The notes beneath the pieces were generated by a model that saw only the letters and a list, made by a program, of their open reading frames with translations, was not told the DNA's origin and did not search any database. Source: Candidatus Bathyarchaeota archaeon (GTDB taxonomy: Archaea > Thermoproteota > Bathyarchaeia > Bathyarchaeales > Bathycorpusculaceae). From it: DNA of 64,000 nucleotides. Both the position numbers and the translations under genes were made by a program. Shown here piece by piece: positions 30,730 through 38,801 of the stretch (within the stretch, counting starts at the first letter, position 1; every line of letters starts with the position of its first letter). Location of the stretch: positions 512,001 through 576,000 of the forward strand of contig CAWHVC010000001.1 of the NCBI GenBank assembly GCA_963832745.1. Direction: 5' to 3'.

Positions 30730-31810
30730 ATGAGCGGTAGCAAAAAAATTTATATGACTTCTGATAATGCAAATCGTGCAAAAAATATGATTTACGCAGT
30801 TTGGAACAATAAGGGCGGTACTGGAAAAACTTTTCTCACTTTTATGATGGCTGGTGAGTACGCCGCAGATAACCCTGAACAGAAAGTGGTTGTCATTGAC
30901 CTTTGCCCTCAAGCTAATGTAAGCGAGATAGTATTGGGTGGAAACGGGCGTGGCTCAACTGTTACTAGATACTCTTTTAAATAAAAAACCTAAACGATTA
31001 ACCATCGGCGGTTATCTGGATGACAGAATTTCATCACCTTACAAGATTACAGGAACAGAAGCAGATTATCTCGTAAATCCTTTATCAATGGGCTATAATG
31101 TTAACATGCCTGCAAACTTATACATCATTGCTGGAGACCCATCTCTGGAACTGCAAGCTCAAGTTATAAATCAATTGAGCATTTTGCAGCAACCAGAAGA
31201 CGCTTGGAAAAAAGTGCATTCATGGATAATCGATCTAATATCAGAGATTAAAAAATACCTTGGAGAAGATACTATGTTCTTCATAGATTGCAATCCAAGT
31301 TTTGCATCTTATACTGAATTGGCAATCCTCGCTTCAGAACGATTAGCAGTGCCGTGTAGCGCCGATGGGTCATCTGCAAGAGCAATTGACAACATGGGTA
31401 GATTAGTTTATGGCGTTAATGTCCCTTCACAATACCAGAAAACGAACTTTTTCAGTAATGTAAAGGCGTTTAATATGAAATTACCTGAAATACATCTAGT
31501 TATACTTAACAGAAGCACTCAATATGGTAGTAAGGCATCTAAAGGATTTAGCGCTATGTTTGGTGAAATAAAAAGAAGGACAGATGCACTCGCCGCAACA
31601 AAGATTATTCCCTTCTCAAAGAACTCAGGTCTTTACGTAGATATTCCAGATAATCACACGTTATCGATAGTTTGTTCACATCTAGGGTTGCCAATTTCTT
31701 CTCTAAAATCAGGTACACCATACAATGTTCATGGAAAGACCACAGTTATTCCGAAGAGTTCTTACGATACATATCTTGCTGCTGTTCACAACTTAATTGA
31801 CGCATTATAG
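30730..31810 (+). pseudogene. ParA/MinD-family ATPase split by one frameshift near 30960
   Basis: NNKGGTGKT and IDLCPQAN in ORF 30730-30984; FFIDCNPSF and VPCSADGSS in ORF 30938-31810. Confidence 0.85.
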
Positions 31811-31818
31811 GAATTTTC

Positions 31819-31971
31819 CTAAGTAATCTTCACTTTCTGTTTTATTTTACTTTCATACTCGTCCTCGGTTATGATTCCTTTTTCGATAAGCAAGTCAACT
31901 AAGGCTGAGTGCATGTTATCTAAGAGGTCTAGTTCTTCTAATGGTTCTCTTTCAACTTTATTCTTTTTCAT
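31819..31971 (-). CDS. Small SHOCT-like protein (50 aa)
   Basis: MKKNKVEREPLEELDLLDNMHSALVDLLIEKGIITEDEYESKIK; AGGTGG SD; overlaps the RHH gene end. Confidence 0.75.
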   Translation of the reverse strand: MKKNKVEREPLEELDLLDNMHSALVDLLIEKGIITEDEYESKIKQKVKIT

Positions 31972-32125
31972 GTTTTCCACCTTTTGCTAAGTAACCTTGT
32001 TCTGATAGCCAATTAATGATTATATTACGAAGAGTGTCACTATGACCTTCTCCAAGCGTGCCAACAAGTTCTTTGTCTAATATTTCGACTACGCCATCAG
32101 GTAATGAAACTAAGATTTTCTTCAT
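31958..32125 (-). CDS. Ribbon-helix-helix (CopG/Arc-like) regulator (55 aa)
   Basis: MKKILVSLPDGVVEILDKELVGTLGEGHSDTLRNIIINWLSEQGYL; ATGA overlap with the transposase stop. Confidence 0.8.
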   Translation of the reverse strand: MKKILVSLPDGVVEILDKELVGTLGEGHSDTLRNIIINWLSEQGYLAKGGKHEKE

Positions 32126-33030
32126 TTACTTACTACCTTTAACCCTTCTTTCTCTTCCGCCTTTTCTGTTAAGGCGTTTACTAGCGTTGTAGCTTCTTTT
32201 TTGGTAGCTTCATCAATCAAGCCTTTCCAGTTATTAGGAATGTTCATTCTTGCGGCTTGAGCGGGAGTTTTTCCGCCGAGACTTTGGTGTGGTCTTACGC
32301 AGTTGTAGTGAACTGACCAGCCTTCGAGTAAGAGTTTTGTTGAGTCATAGCTGTGTAGCCCTCTCATGCATCGAGTTCTATCTTTTAATGTACAGTGTAA
32401 TCGTTCGACTATGTTGTTGGTTTCTCTTGCTTTTATGCCGACTCTTTGCACTAACTCAACTCTTGTGTCCTTGCGCATTGTGTAGAATACTTTGTTAAAC
32501 GCACTCTTGTAAACATGGCTGCCGTCAACAAATACCGCTCTTGGTCTAACCTTGCTCTGTTGAACACCTTTCTTAAAGATACTAACTGTATCCTCAAAAG
32601 TTCGAGTATTGGAAAGATGTGAAGCAACCATAAATCGTGTGTCCTCATCAATCATTTCCCAGAACCAAATACTGCGCCCCTCACAACTCAGCATAGTTTC
32701 ATCTTCATGCCATAAACCTGAAAGCTGTGGAACTTCTGCAATCATGTATTCTTTGACTAATTGTGAGTATTTTTTAATCCAGTTTAGAATTGTAACTTGT
32801 GAAACTTTTTCGCCAAAAACTTGCTCTAAGTTGCGTTGGGTTTTTCTTAGGGACATGCCGTCGTAGTAGAAGTTTAGGGCTGCGACAATTATGTTTTTGT
32901 CGTTTCGCATTCTTGAGAATTTTGTGTTTGGTACAAAGATGTGACCGCAGTCTTTGCATTTGTAGGTTTGCTTGTTGTGGCGTATGCCTTTTTTGGTGAC
33001 GTTTGCTGAGTTGCAGTATTTACAGTTCAT
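32122..33030 (-). CDS. DDE transposase, IS6-related, with N-terminal Zn ribbon and HTH
   Basis: CKYC..CKDC, MSLRKTQ..VSQVTILNWI HTH, catalytic WHEDET / FVDG / NNIVERLH, HYNCVRPHQSLGGKTPA. Confidence 0.95.
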   Translation of the reverse strand: MNCKYCNSANVTKKGIRHNKQTYKCKDCGHIFVPNTKFSRMRNDKNIIVAALNFYYDGMSLRKTQRNLEQVFGEKVSQVTILNWIKKYSQLVKEYMIAEVPQLSGLWHEDETMLSCEGRSIWFWEMIDEDTRFMVASHLSNTRTFEDTVSIFKKGVQQSKVRPRAVFVDGSHVYKSAFNKVFYTMRKDTRVELVQRVGIKARETNNIVERLHCTLKDRTRCMRGLHSYDSTKLLLEGWSVHYNCVRPHQSLGGKTPAQAARMNIPNNWKGLIDEATKKEATTLVNALTEKAEEKEGLKVVSK

Positions 33031-33041
33031 GGCTTTTCACT

Positions 33042-33059
33042 GGTATCTTATAAGATACC
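33042..33059. promoter_or_regulatory. Perfect 18-bp palindrome (candidate operator) just upstream of the transposase start
   Basis: GGTATCTTATAAGATACC, between a TATATA box (~33065-33071) and the ATG at 33030. Confidence 0.65.
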
Positions 33060-33171
33060 TACAGTATATATGTTTTGTGTTAGTTTTTAAACACTTAACA
33101 AAATGTCATTCAAGTTTTTGTAACTTAACAAAAAGTATATCTTGTCGTACTTCACCATAAAAAGTAGGGAG

Positions 33172-33246
33172 CACCCCAAGGGGGATTTGAACCCCCGACC
33201 TAGCCCTTAGTAGGAGCCTGCAATTTCCTGACTATGCTATTGGGGC
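33172..33246 (-). tRNA. tRNA or tRNA-like gene, anticodon ACT, short variable arm, Arg-like body
   Basis: GCCCCAA TA GCAT AGTCAGGAAA TTGC A GGCTC CT-ACT-AA GGGCT AGGTC GGGGG TTCAAAT CCCCC TTGGGGT G; U8, A14, G15:C48, G18G19, U33, TTC and A58 all present. Confidence 0.85.
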
Positions 33247-33252
33247 GCTTAA

Positions 33253-33310
33253 CGTTGGGATAACATCATGGGTCGAAAGGCATTCTTTTGGACATGATGT
33301 TATCCTAACG
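33253..33310 (-). other. Long hairpin immediately 5' of the tRNA-like gene
   Basis: CGTTGGGATAACATCATG (33253-33270) / CATGATGTTATCCTAACG (33293-33310), 17 of 18 positions complementary. Confidence 0.8.
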
Positions 33311-33340
33311 GTCACTCCATTAGAGAATGACTTTGATTTT

Positions 33341-33850
33341 CTAGAACGCATTGTTTAGTCCTGTGCTTAATGGTTTAGCGCCGTCACCCTGTAACTGACC
33401 ACTTTTTATTATGCCCATACTTTCTTCCAGAGATTTTGTCAAAGGTTTGAAAACATATTTTTTAAGATTCTTTTCGCATGTAGGTAATGCTTCGAATCTG
33501 CCTTGCTTTTGGTGTTCAATTATCTTCCTTGCGTTTTGAAGTAATAATGATAATTTGCGGTATTCACGGGGATTTTGGCGAGAAGTTATTTTTTCTTTTA
33601 AAAAGTAACTCGCTATCGTCAAAATGTCATGTTCGTATTTTGGTGGTATAGATAATATAAAAGTTAGCAGTTGGTCAACATCAGGCATTCTTTGCATAAG
33701 AGTTGACTTGTATGTGCTAGATGTTTTTTCGTATGTAGCAGGGCGGTCAGTTGGTCTTTTTGTCATACGCTGTATAATTTCTAAGATTTCTTCTTGCGAA
33801 CCTTCAATTTCAAATGTTTGGTTGTCTATAGCAAACTTTAGTTTTGGCAT
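33341..33850 (-). CDS. Transposon passenger, hypothetical protein
   Basis: 169-aa ORF with TTTATATAA box about 20 bp upstream; lies inside the TIRs. Confidence 0.75.
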   Translation of the reverse strand: MPKLKFAIDNQTFEIEGSQEEILEIIQRMTKRPTDRPATYEKTSSTYKSTLMQRMPDVDQLLTFILSIPPKYEHDILTIASYFLKEKITSRQNPREYRKLSLLLQNARKIIEHQKQGRFEALPTCEKNLKKYVFKPLTKSLEESMGIIKSGQLQGDGAKPLSTGLNNAF

Positions 33851-33922
33851 TAGATACCATCAACTCGTTATATAAAGTAGGAATAGCCTAGAATTTAAGC
33901 GTTTACACATTACTTCACGCAA

Positions 33923-33941
33923 GTGATTCACGGTGAATCAC
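33923..33941. promoter_or_regulatory. Perfect 9-1-9 palindrome (candidate operator)
   Basis: GTGATTCAC-G-GTGAATCAC upstream of the 33850 promoter. Confidence 0.55.
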
Positions 33942-34163
33942 GTTTTAACACATACACGGTTTCAATAAAAGTGCTAGAATTATATGTTACGTTATTAATC
34001 GTATCATGGACTGCTTGCCGTGTTTATATATAAATATTAAAATCGCACTCGTAAATTTAAGATAGCACAATTTCCACTGGAACTTAGATAAAAAAGCTGT
34101 GAAAAATTATTCAACCATATGGTCAATTTACCGCCCCCGCAATAACCCTCTTATTTTTAGCAC

Positions 34164-34186
34164 AGGTAACTTAACTTAACAGTATC
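34164..34186 (-). repeat. Right terminal inverted repeat
   Basis: AGGTAACTTAACTTAACAGTATC. Confidence 0.97.
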
Positions 34187-34195
34187 TTTTTTGAG
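34187..34195 (+). repeat. Target-site duplication, right (TTTTTTGAG)
   Basis: Matches 30619-30627. Confidence 0.92.
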
Positions 34196-34242
34196 CAATG
34201 TTTAAGAGTACCTTTTTGAATTTACTTGCGAAGGTGTAAAAT

Positions 34243-34404
34243 ATGCCAACTCACGGTTCGTTATCTAAAGCAGGAAAAGTCCGCTCTCAGACACCGAAAA
34301 TCGCGGCTCAAGAGAGAACAGCGCCAAGCCCAAAAGCAAGAACCAGACGCAACTATGAAAAGCGTGTGATTCTGCAAAGGAAAGCCGGACAAAACTGGAT
34401 GTAA
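34243..34404 (+). CDS. rps30e: 30S ribosomal protein S30e
   Basis: MPTHGSLSKAGKVRSQTPKI...RRNYEKRV; not in ORF track. Confidence 0.97.
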   Translation: MPTHGSLSKAGKVRSQTPKIAAQERTAPSPKARTRRNYEKRVILQRKAGQNWM

Positions 34405-34507
34405 AAGTCCAACTCATTAATAGCTTGTTTTTTCAAGCTTAAACCAACTGTTTTATTAGTGCAGTTTATTTATTTGATGTTTAAACAATATTTCTGGTTA
34501 TTTTAAT

Positions 34508-36094
34508 TTGGATAGCAAAAATGCTCTTCGAGAAATCATCGACATGCTACTTTCTATGCAGTCGCCTACTCATGAGGATGCAAACCGCCTAAAACTTAAA
34601 GCAGCTGCCAAATATCACATGCAATCCATGCCGTCTAACGCAGACTTAATCGCCGTTTTAACTCCCGAGGAAACTAAATTGCTACTGCCCATTTTAAGAC
34701 GCAAAACAACGCGAACTATAAGCGGAGTAACTGTCGTTGCAACCATGACTGAACCTTACCCCTGCCCGCAGCCTGAACCCTGCGCTTACTGCCCGGGCGG
34801 ACCAACACAAGGCAGTCCTCAAAGCTACACAGGTCACGAACCAGCAGCCATGCGTGGCAGCCAAAACAATTTTGACTCCTACCTACAGGTGCAAAGCCGC
34901 ATAGAGCAACTCACAGCGATTGGACATAAAGTAGACAAAATCGAGTTAATCATAATGGGCGGAACGTTCCCCGCAACACCTGTTGAATACCAAACAAGGT
35001 TCATCCAAAGGTGCCTTGACGCAATAACAGGTAAAGAGTCTGCAAGTCTTGAAGAGGCAAAAGCCAACGCAGAAGTAAGCAAAACCCGTAACGTTGGCAT
35101 CACAGTTGAGACGCGTCCGGACTGGTGTAAGCAACCTCACATTGACGCAATGCTTGGAATGGGTGTAACACGCATAGAACTTGGGGTACAAAATCCCAAC
35201 GACGAAATCTATCGGAAAGTCGGCAGAACCCACACGGTTGCAGATGTAACGGAAGCTACCCAAATCGCTAAGGATTCGGGATTAAAGATTGTTTATCACA
35301 TGATGCCCGGCATGCCTGGTTCAAGCCCCAAAAAAGACGTTCAAGCTTTCAGAGAAATTTTCACTAACCCACTGTTTAAACCTGACATGTTAAAAATTTA
35401 CCCTTGCCTTGCGATTGCCGGCACAAAGGCGTATCAGTGGCTGCAGGAAGGCACTTATAAGCCTTACAGCACCGAAGAAGCCGCCGACGTCATTGCTGAA
35501 GTTAAAAAGTTCATCCCTAAATGGGTCCGAGTAATGCGGGTCCAACGCGACATTCCAGCAAGGCTAATTTTGGATGGCGTAAAAAAGAGTAACCTACGCC
35601 AAATCGTAACTGAAAAACTCAAAAACCAAGGCGCAAAATGCCAATGCATCCGTTGCCGCGAGGTTGGGCACCGCATGGAAGCAGACCACGTAAAACCCGA
35701 CTTAAAAAACATCAAAATCCTAACCGAACAGTACATGGCTTCAGACGGCAAAGAATACTTCATTTCGACAGAAGACCCAATCAACAATGTACTTTTAGGC
35801 TATTTACGGCTGCGTGTGCCTTCACCGAAAGCCCACCGCACCGAAATAACGGAGGTGCCTTCAGCGATTGTTCGGGAACTGCACGTTTATGGCCCTTTGG
35901 TGCCTGTTGGGCGGCATGTAGATGAGGCTTGGCAGCACAAAGGCTACGGGTTACGGCTACTTGAGGAAGCGGAACAAATTACAAAAGAGAATGCCTTAGA
36001 AAAGCTGCTGGTTATCAGCGCTCTTGGCACGAAACGGTATTACATGCGATCAGGTTTCAAGCATGATGGACCGTACGTTTCAAAACGCCTCTAA
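34508..36094 (+). CDS. elp3: tRNA uridine(34) acetyltransferase Elp3
   Basis: RTISGVTVVA, CAYCPGGP..PQSYTGHEPA, ETRPD, CIRCREVG, VRELHVYG, QHKGYG. Confidence 0.97.
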   Translation: MDSKNALREIIDMLLSMQSPTHEDANRLKLKAAAKYHMQSMPSNADLIAVLTPEETKLLLPILRRKTTRTISGVTVVATMTEPYPCPQPEPCAYCPGGPTQGSPQSYTGHEPAAMRGSQNNFDSYLQVQSRIEQLTAIGHKVDKIELIIMGGTFPATPVEYQTRFIQRCLDAITGKESASLEEAKANAEVSKTRNVGITVETRPDWCKQPHIDAMLGMGVTRIELGVQNPNDEIYRKVGRTHTVADVTEATQIAKDSGLKIVYHMMPGMPGSSPKKDVQAFREIFTNPLFKPDMLKIYPCLAIAGTKAYQWLQEGTYKPYSTEEAADVIAEVKKFIPKWVRVMRVQRDIPARLILDGVKKSNLRQIVTEKLKNQGAKCQCIRCREVGHRMEADHVKPDLKNIKILTEQYMASDGKEYFISTEDPINNVLLGYLRLRVPSPKAHRTEITEVPSAIVRELHVYGPLVPVGRHVDEAWQHKGYGLRLLEEAEQITKENALEKLLVISALGTKRYYMRSGFKHDGPYVSKRL

Positions 36095-36110
36095 AACACC
36101 GTTTTTTAAA

Positions 36111-36241
36111 ATACTAATGGGCTAATTTTCAACCAATCGTGCCTATTCTTTTTAGTGTTTACGAAAAATGCCAATTTCACCCTACCCCCTATTAGGGGTA
36201 GGTCGCTAATAACACAAAAGCAGCCCAAAACATGTTGAAAA
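36111..36241. repeat. Dispersed intergenic repeat, copy C (two inverted half-units)
   Basis: ATACTAATGG..TTTTCAACCAAT on the left, CCTACCCC-CTATTA-GGGGTAGG hairpin at 36181-36202, CATGTTGAAAA on the right. Confidence 0.7.
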
Positions 36242-36249
36242 TTGTGGGT

Positions 36250-37542
36250 TTATTGAGTTATTGGTTCAATGGGTTCTTCCTGTTTTTGTTTGCGCAGTTT
36301 GAAGTGGAGTACGCGGGTTATTTCTTCAGTATGAGAAACAGCCATTGAACCAACGGTGGCAATGATAGCTGTAGTTACGATGACTACTACGGCGATGTTG
36401 ATGAATAGGTCTGAATATAGCAAGTTGAACTGTGCAGGCAATGTTGCCAGTACGGCAGCAGCTAAGCCTCTTGTTAACACGTAAGTCATTACTTGTCTTT
36501 CCTTTTTAAGTGGACTGTTAGATGTTGCTATGAATACTGCTCCATAACGTGTGATAAACAGTATCAGTGAAACTATTACTCCTGCAAATAGCAAGGTTAT
36601 GCTTGAGATTGACGCGATGATACCTAAGAACACAAAGAAGAATGTTCGAATAAGGAATGCTATTTCAGATTCAAATCGTTTAAGACCCTTGCTTACTGAG
36701 CACTCAATTTTTCCATCAATGCTGCCGCCTATGTTAAACTTGAAAACGTTTGTTAGTGCACGCAAAATGTCTTTTTCGTTTCCAAGAATTAACCCAAAAA
36801 TAAGGGCGCTCAATGCTCCACTGCCGCCTATGCTTTCAGAAACTGCGTAACCGAGAAGTATGATTCCAAGGGTCAGTATATAAGAGAAATCCAAGTCGGC
36901 TAATCGTCTAAGTGCAAATAGCCAAGCAAAACCGATTGAGACACCGACAAGTATGCCGATAAGGAATTTTGTTGCCACACCAAAACCGATACTTGCCACG
37001 TTTGCTTGCCCTGTAAGAATAACCTCTATCAAGGCTAAACTGATAACGATACATAAGATGTCGGTTAATGCTGACTCCAAAATGAGAATTGTTGAACCTT
37101 TATCACTTATTTTAATTCGGTTTGCAAGCGAAATTACAACAACAGAACTGCTTCCTCCGACAATGCTTCCGAAAAGCAAACCGTAAGGTAGGGGCACATT
37201 AAACACTGCCATCATGAATGCAGTTACGCCTAGAATACTAAAAGTGAAGCTTAAAAGGGCTAGCAGAACTGCTTTAGGACTGTTTTTGAATACTTGACGT
37301 AAGTTTAAGCCCATACCGCCGTCAAACAGTATGTAAGCTAACGCTAAAGCTGCAATATACGGTGAAAGACCCTTAATGATGTCGATGTCAAAAACGCCAA
37401 GTACAGGCCCAAAAAGAGCGCCTAACGCGATTAAAATGAGCATATCAGGCAAGCCAGTTTTTTTGAACAGGTAGTTAGCTAGAAATCCTATTAGTATAAT
37501 GACTGCGGCGATGACTAGCGCTATTGAGACTGAAACCAGCAA
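36250..37542 (-). CDS. Cation:proton antiporter (CPA1/NhaP-like)
   Basis: LPDMLILI, ILFDGG, LESALTD, FFFVFLG, RGLAAAVLA. Confidence 0.92.
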   Translation of the reverse strand: MLVSVSIALVIAAVIILIGFLANYLFKKTGLPDMLILIALGALFGPVLGVFDIDIIKGLSPYIAALALAYILFDGGMGLNLRQVFKNSPKAVLLALLSFTFSILGVTAFMMAVFNVPLPYGLLFGSIVGGSSSVVVISLANRIKISDKGSTILILESALTDILCIVISLALIEVILTGQANVASIGFGVATKFLIGILVGVSIGFAWLFALRRLADLDFSYILTLGIILLGYAVSESIGGSGALSALIFGLILGNEKDILRALTNVFKFNIGGSIDGKIECSVSKGLKRFESEIAFLIRTFFFVFLGIIASISSITLLFAGVIVSLILFITRYGAVFIATSNSPLKKERQVMTYVLTRGLAAAVLATLPAQFNLLYSDLFINIAVVVIVTTAIIATVGSMAVSHTEEITRVLHFKLRKQKQEEPIEPITQ

Positions 37543-37623
37543 GAGATATCAGTAAAGGTAGTGGTGTGCGGATTTTTAAAACTTGTTAATATTACACTTA
37601 ACAACTGTCAGTTAACATTGAGT

Positions 37624-38661
37624 TTACATGATTCCGATGGTTGTAATTACGAAAAGAATGTAAATAAACAGGAAAATTAAGCCCTCCTTATGTCCTATTT
37701 GACCTCTTGAAAGGAAATACCAGAAAAGCAAGTTAGTTACTATTGAAAACAGCACCAAATTTTGGAATACGTTTATTGTTAACTCTACGGGGGAACCTAA
37801 AAGGGCGGGAACAAAAAGGGCTATTCCAAGAATCAATGTTATGTTAACAAAACAGCTTCCGATGATGTCTCCAAATGCTAGTCCCGCGTGACCTTTAAGG
37901 ATAGCTTTAATGTCAAGAGTTAACTCTGGTAGACTTGTACCAATCGCAATTACAGTTGCGCCAATCACCTGTTGAGACAAACCCGCTGCCTCTGCAATAG
38001 TAACTGCGGATTCAACTAGAAAATACGCGCTTAATACGACACCGATAGCGCCTGCAAGGGTATAAATAACGTATCTTTTGAGACGGCGTTTTTCTTGTAC
38101 AGTTACAGGTTCGCTTTCTTCTTCAGGAATTCTTACTTTCGAAAGTTGATACATGTAACCGATAAATATTGTAATCAAAACAAGACCCACAAGCCAAGCG
38201 GCAGTTGAAATAAAAATTAAAACAACAGGTATAACTGAAGAAACAAACAAGCCAAAATATATGCTGCCTAAATCGGATTTCGCCAAAGATTTAACAATGT
38301 TGCTTTTAACAATGTTGTCTTTGTCGTCTTTGTTTCGTTTGAATCGTCGTCGAGTTCTAAGGTACACTATTATTGATGCCGCGCCTACAATAACGCTTAT
38401 GTTCACTATGTTTGAACCTAAAACGTTGCCAATTGAAAGAGCTGCACCGCCAGAGAAAGCGGCGATAACTGCCACAGTTAACTCAGGCAGCGACGTGGAG
38501 AAAGCGATAAGTGTAAAGCCGATAGCGGTTTTGCCCAATCGTGTTATGTTCGAAACTTTAACGGCATTGTTAATGGTTAAGTTGCTTGCCCAATTCATGA
38601 TAACAAAAGCTACAACTATAATTATGATGTTAAGAATAATGGAGCTAAAAAAATCAACCAT
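37624..38661 (-). CDS. Na+/Ca2+ antiporter (CaCA family)
   Basis: Two alpha repeats: STSLPEL..GNVLGSN and GTSLPEL..GDIIGSC. Confidence 0.93.
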   Translation of the reverse strand: MVDFFSSIILNIIIIVVAFVIMNWASNLTINNAVKVSNITRLGKTAIGFTLIAFSTSLPELTVAVIAAFSGGAALSIGNVLGSNIVNISVIVGAASIIVYLRTRRRFKRNKDDKDNIVKSNIVKSLAKSDLGSIYFGLFVSSVIPVVLIFISTAAWLVGLVLITIFIGYMYQLSKVRIPEEESEPVTVQEKRRLKRYVIYTLAGAIGVVLSAYFLVESAVTIAEAAGLSQQVIGATVIAIGTSLPELTLDIKAILKGHAGLAFGDIIGSCFVNITLILGIALFVPALLGSPVELTINVFQNLVLFSIVTNLLFWYFLSRGQIGHKEGLIFLFIYILFVITTIGIM

Positions 38662-38801
38662 TAAAAGTTTATCCTATTAAATTTCTGTGTTTCTTAAAAT
38701 TAAACGGTTCGGTTTTTGTATCAGTTACAGCTTAAAACGTAAATAAAGGTTAACTAAACAATCATTGGGCTAAAAAGGTAAACCTCTAATCTTTTTAGAG
38801 A

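Larger units (their letters stand above)
30628..34186. mobile_element. Complete IS6-related transposon with passenger genes and a tRNA-like gene (3,559 bp)
   Basis: Perfect 23-bp TIRs GATACTGTTAAGTTAAGTTACCT, 9-bp TSD, internal DDE transposase. Confidence 0.95.

Noticed and set aside
33172-33246. Reading the tRNA as a host integration-site tRNA or an amber (CTA) suppressor
   Set aside because: It lies inside the TIRs with no duplicated att fragment and no tyrosine integrase; the canonical 5-bp stem/7-nt loop with U33 gives ACT, not CTA.
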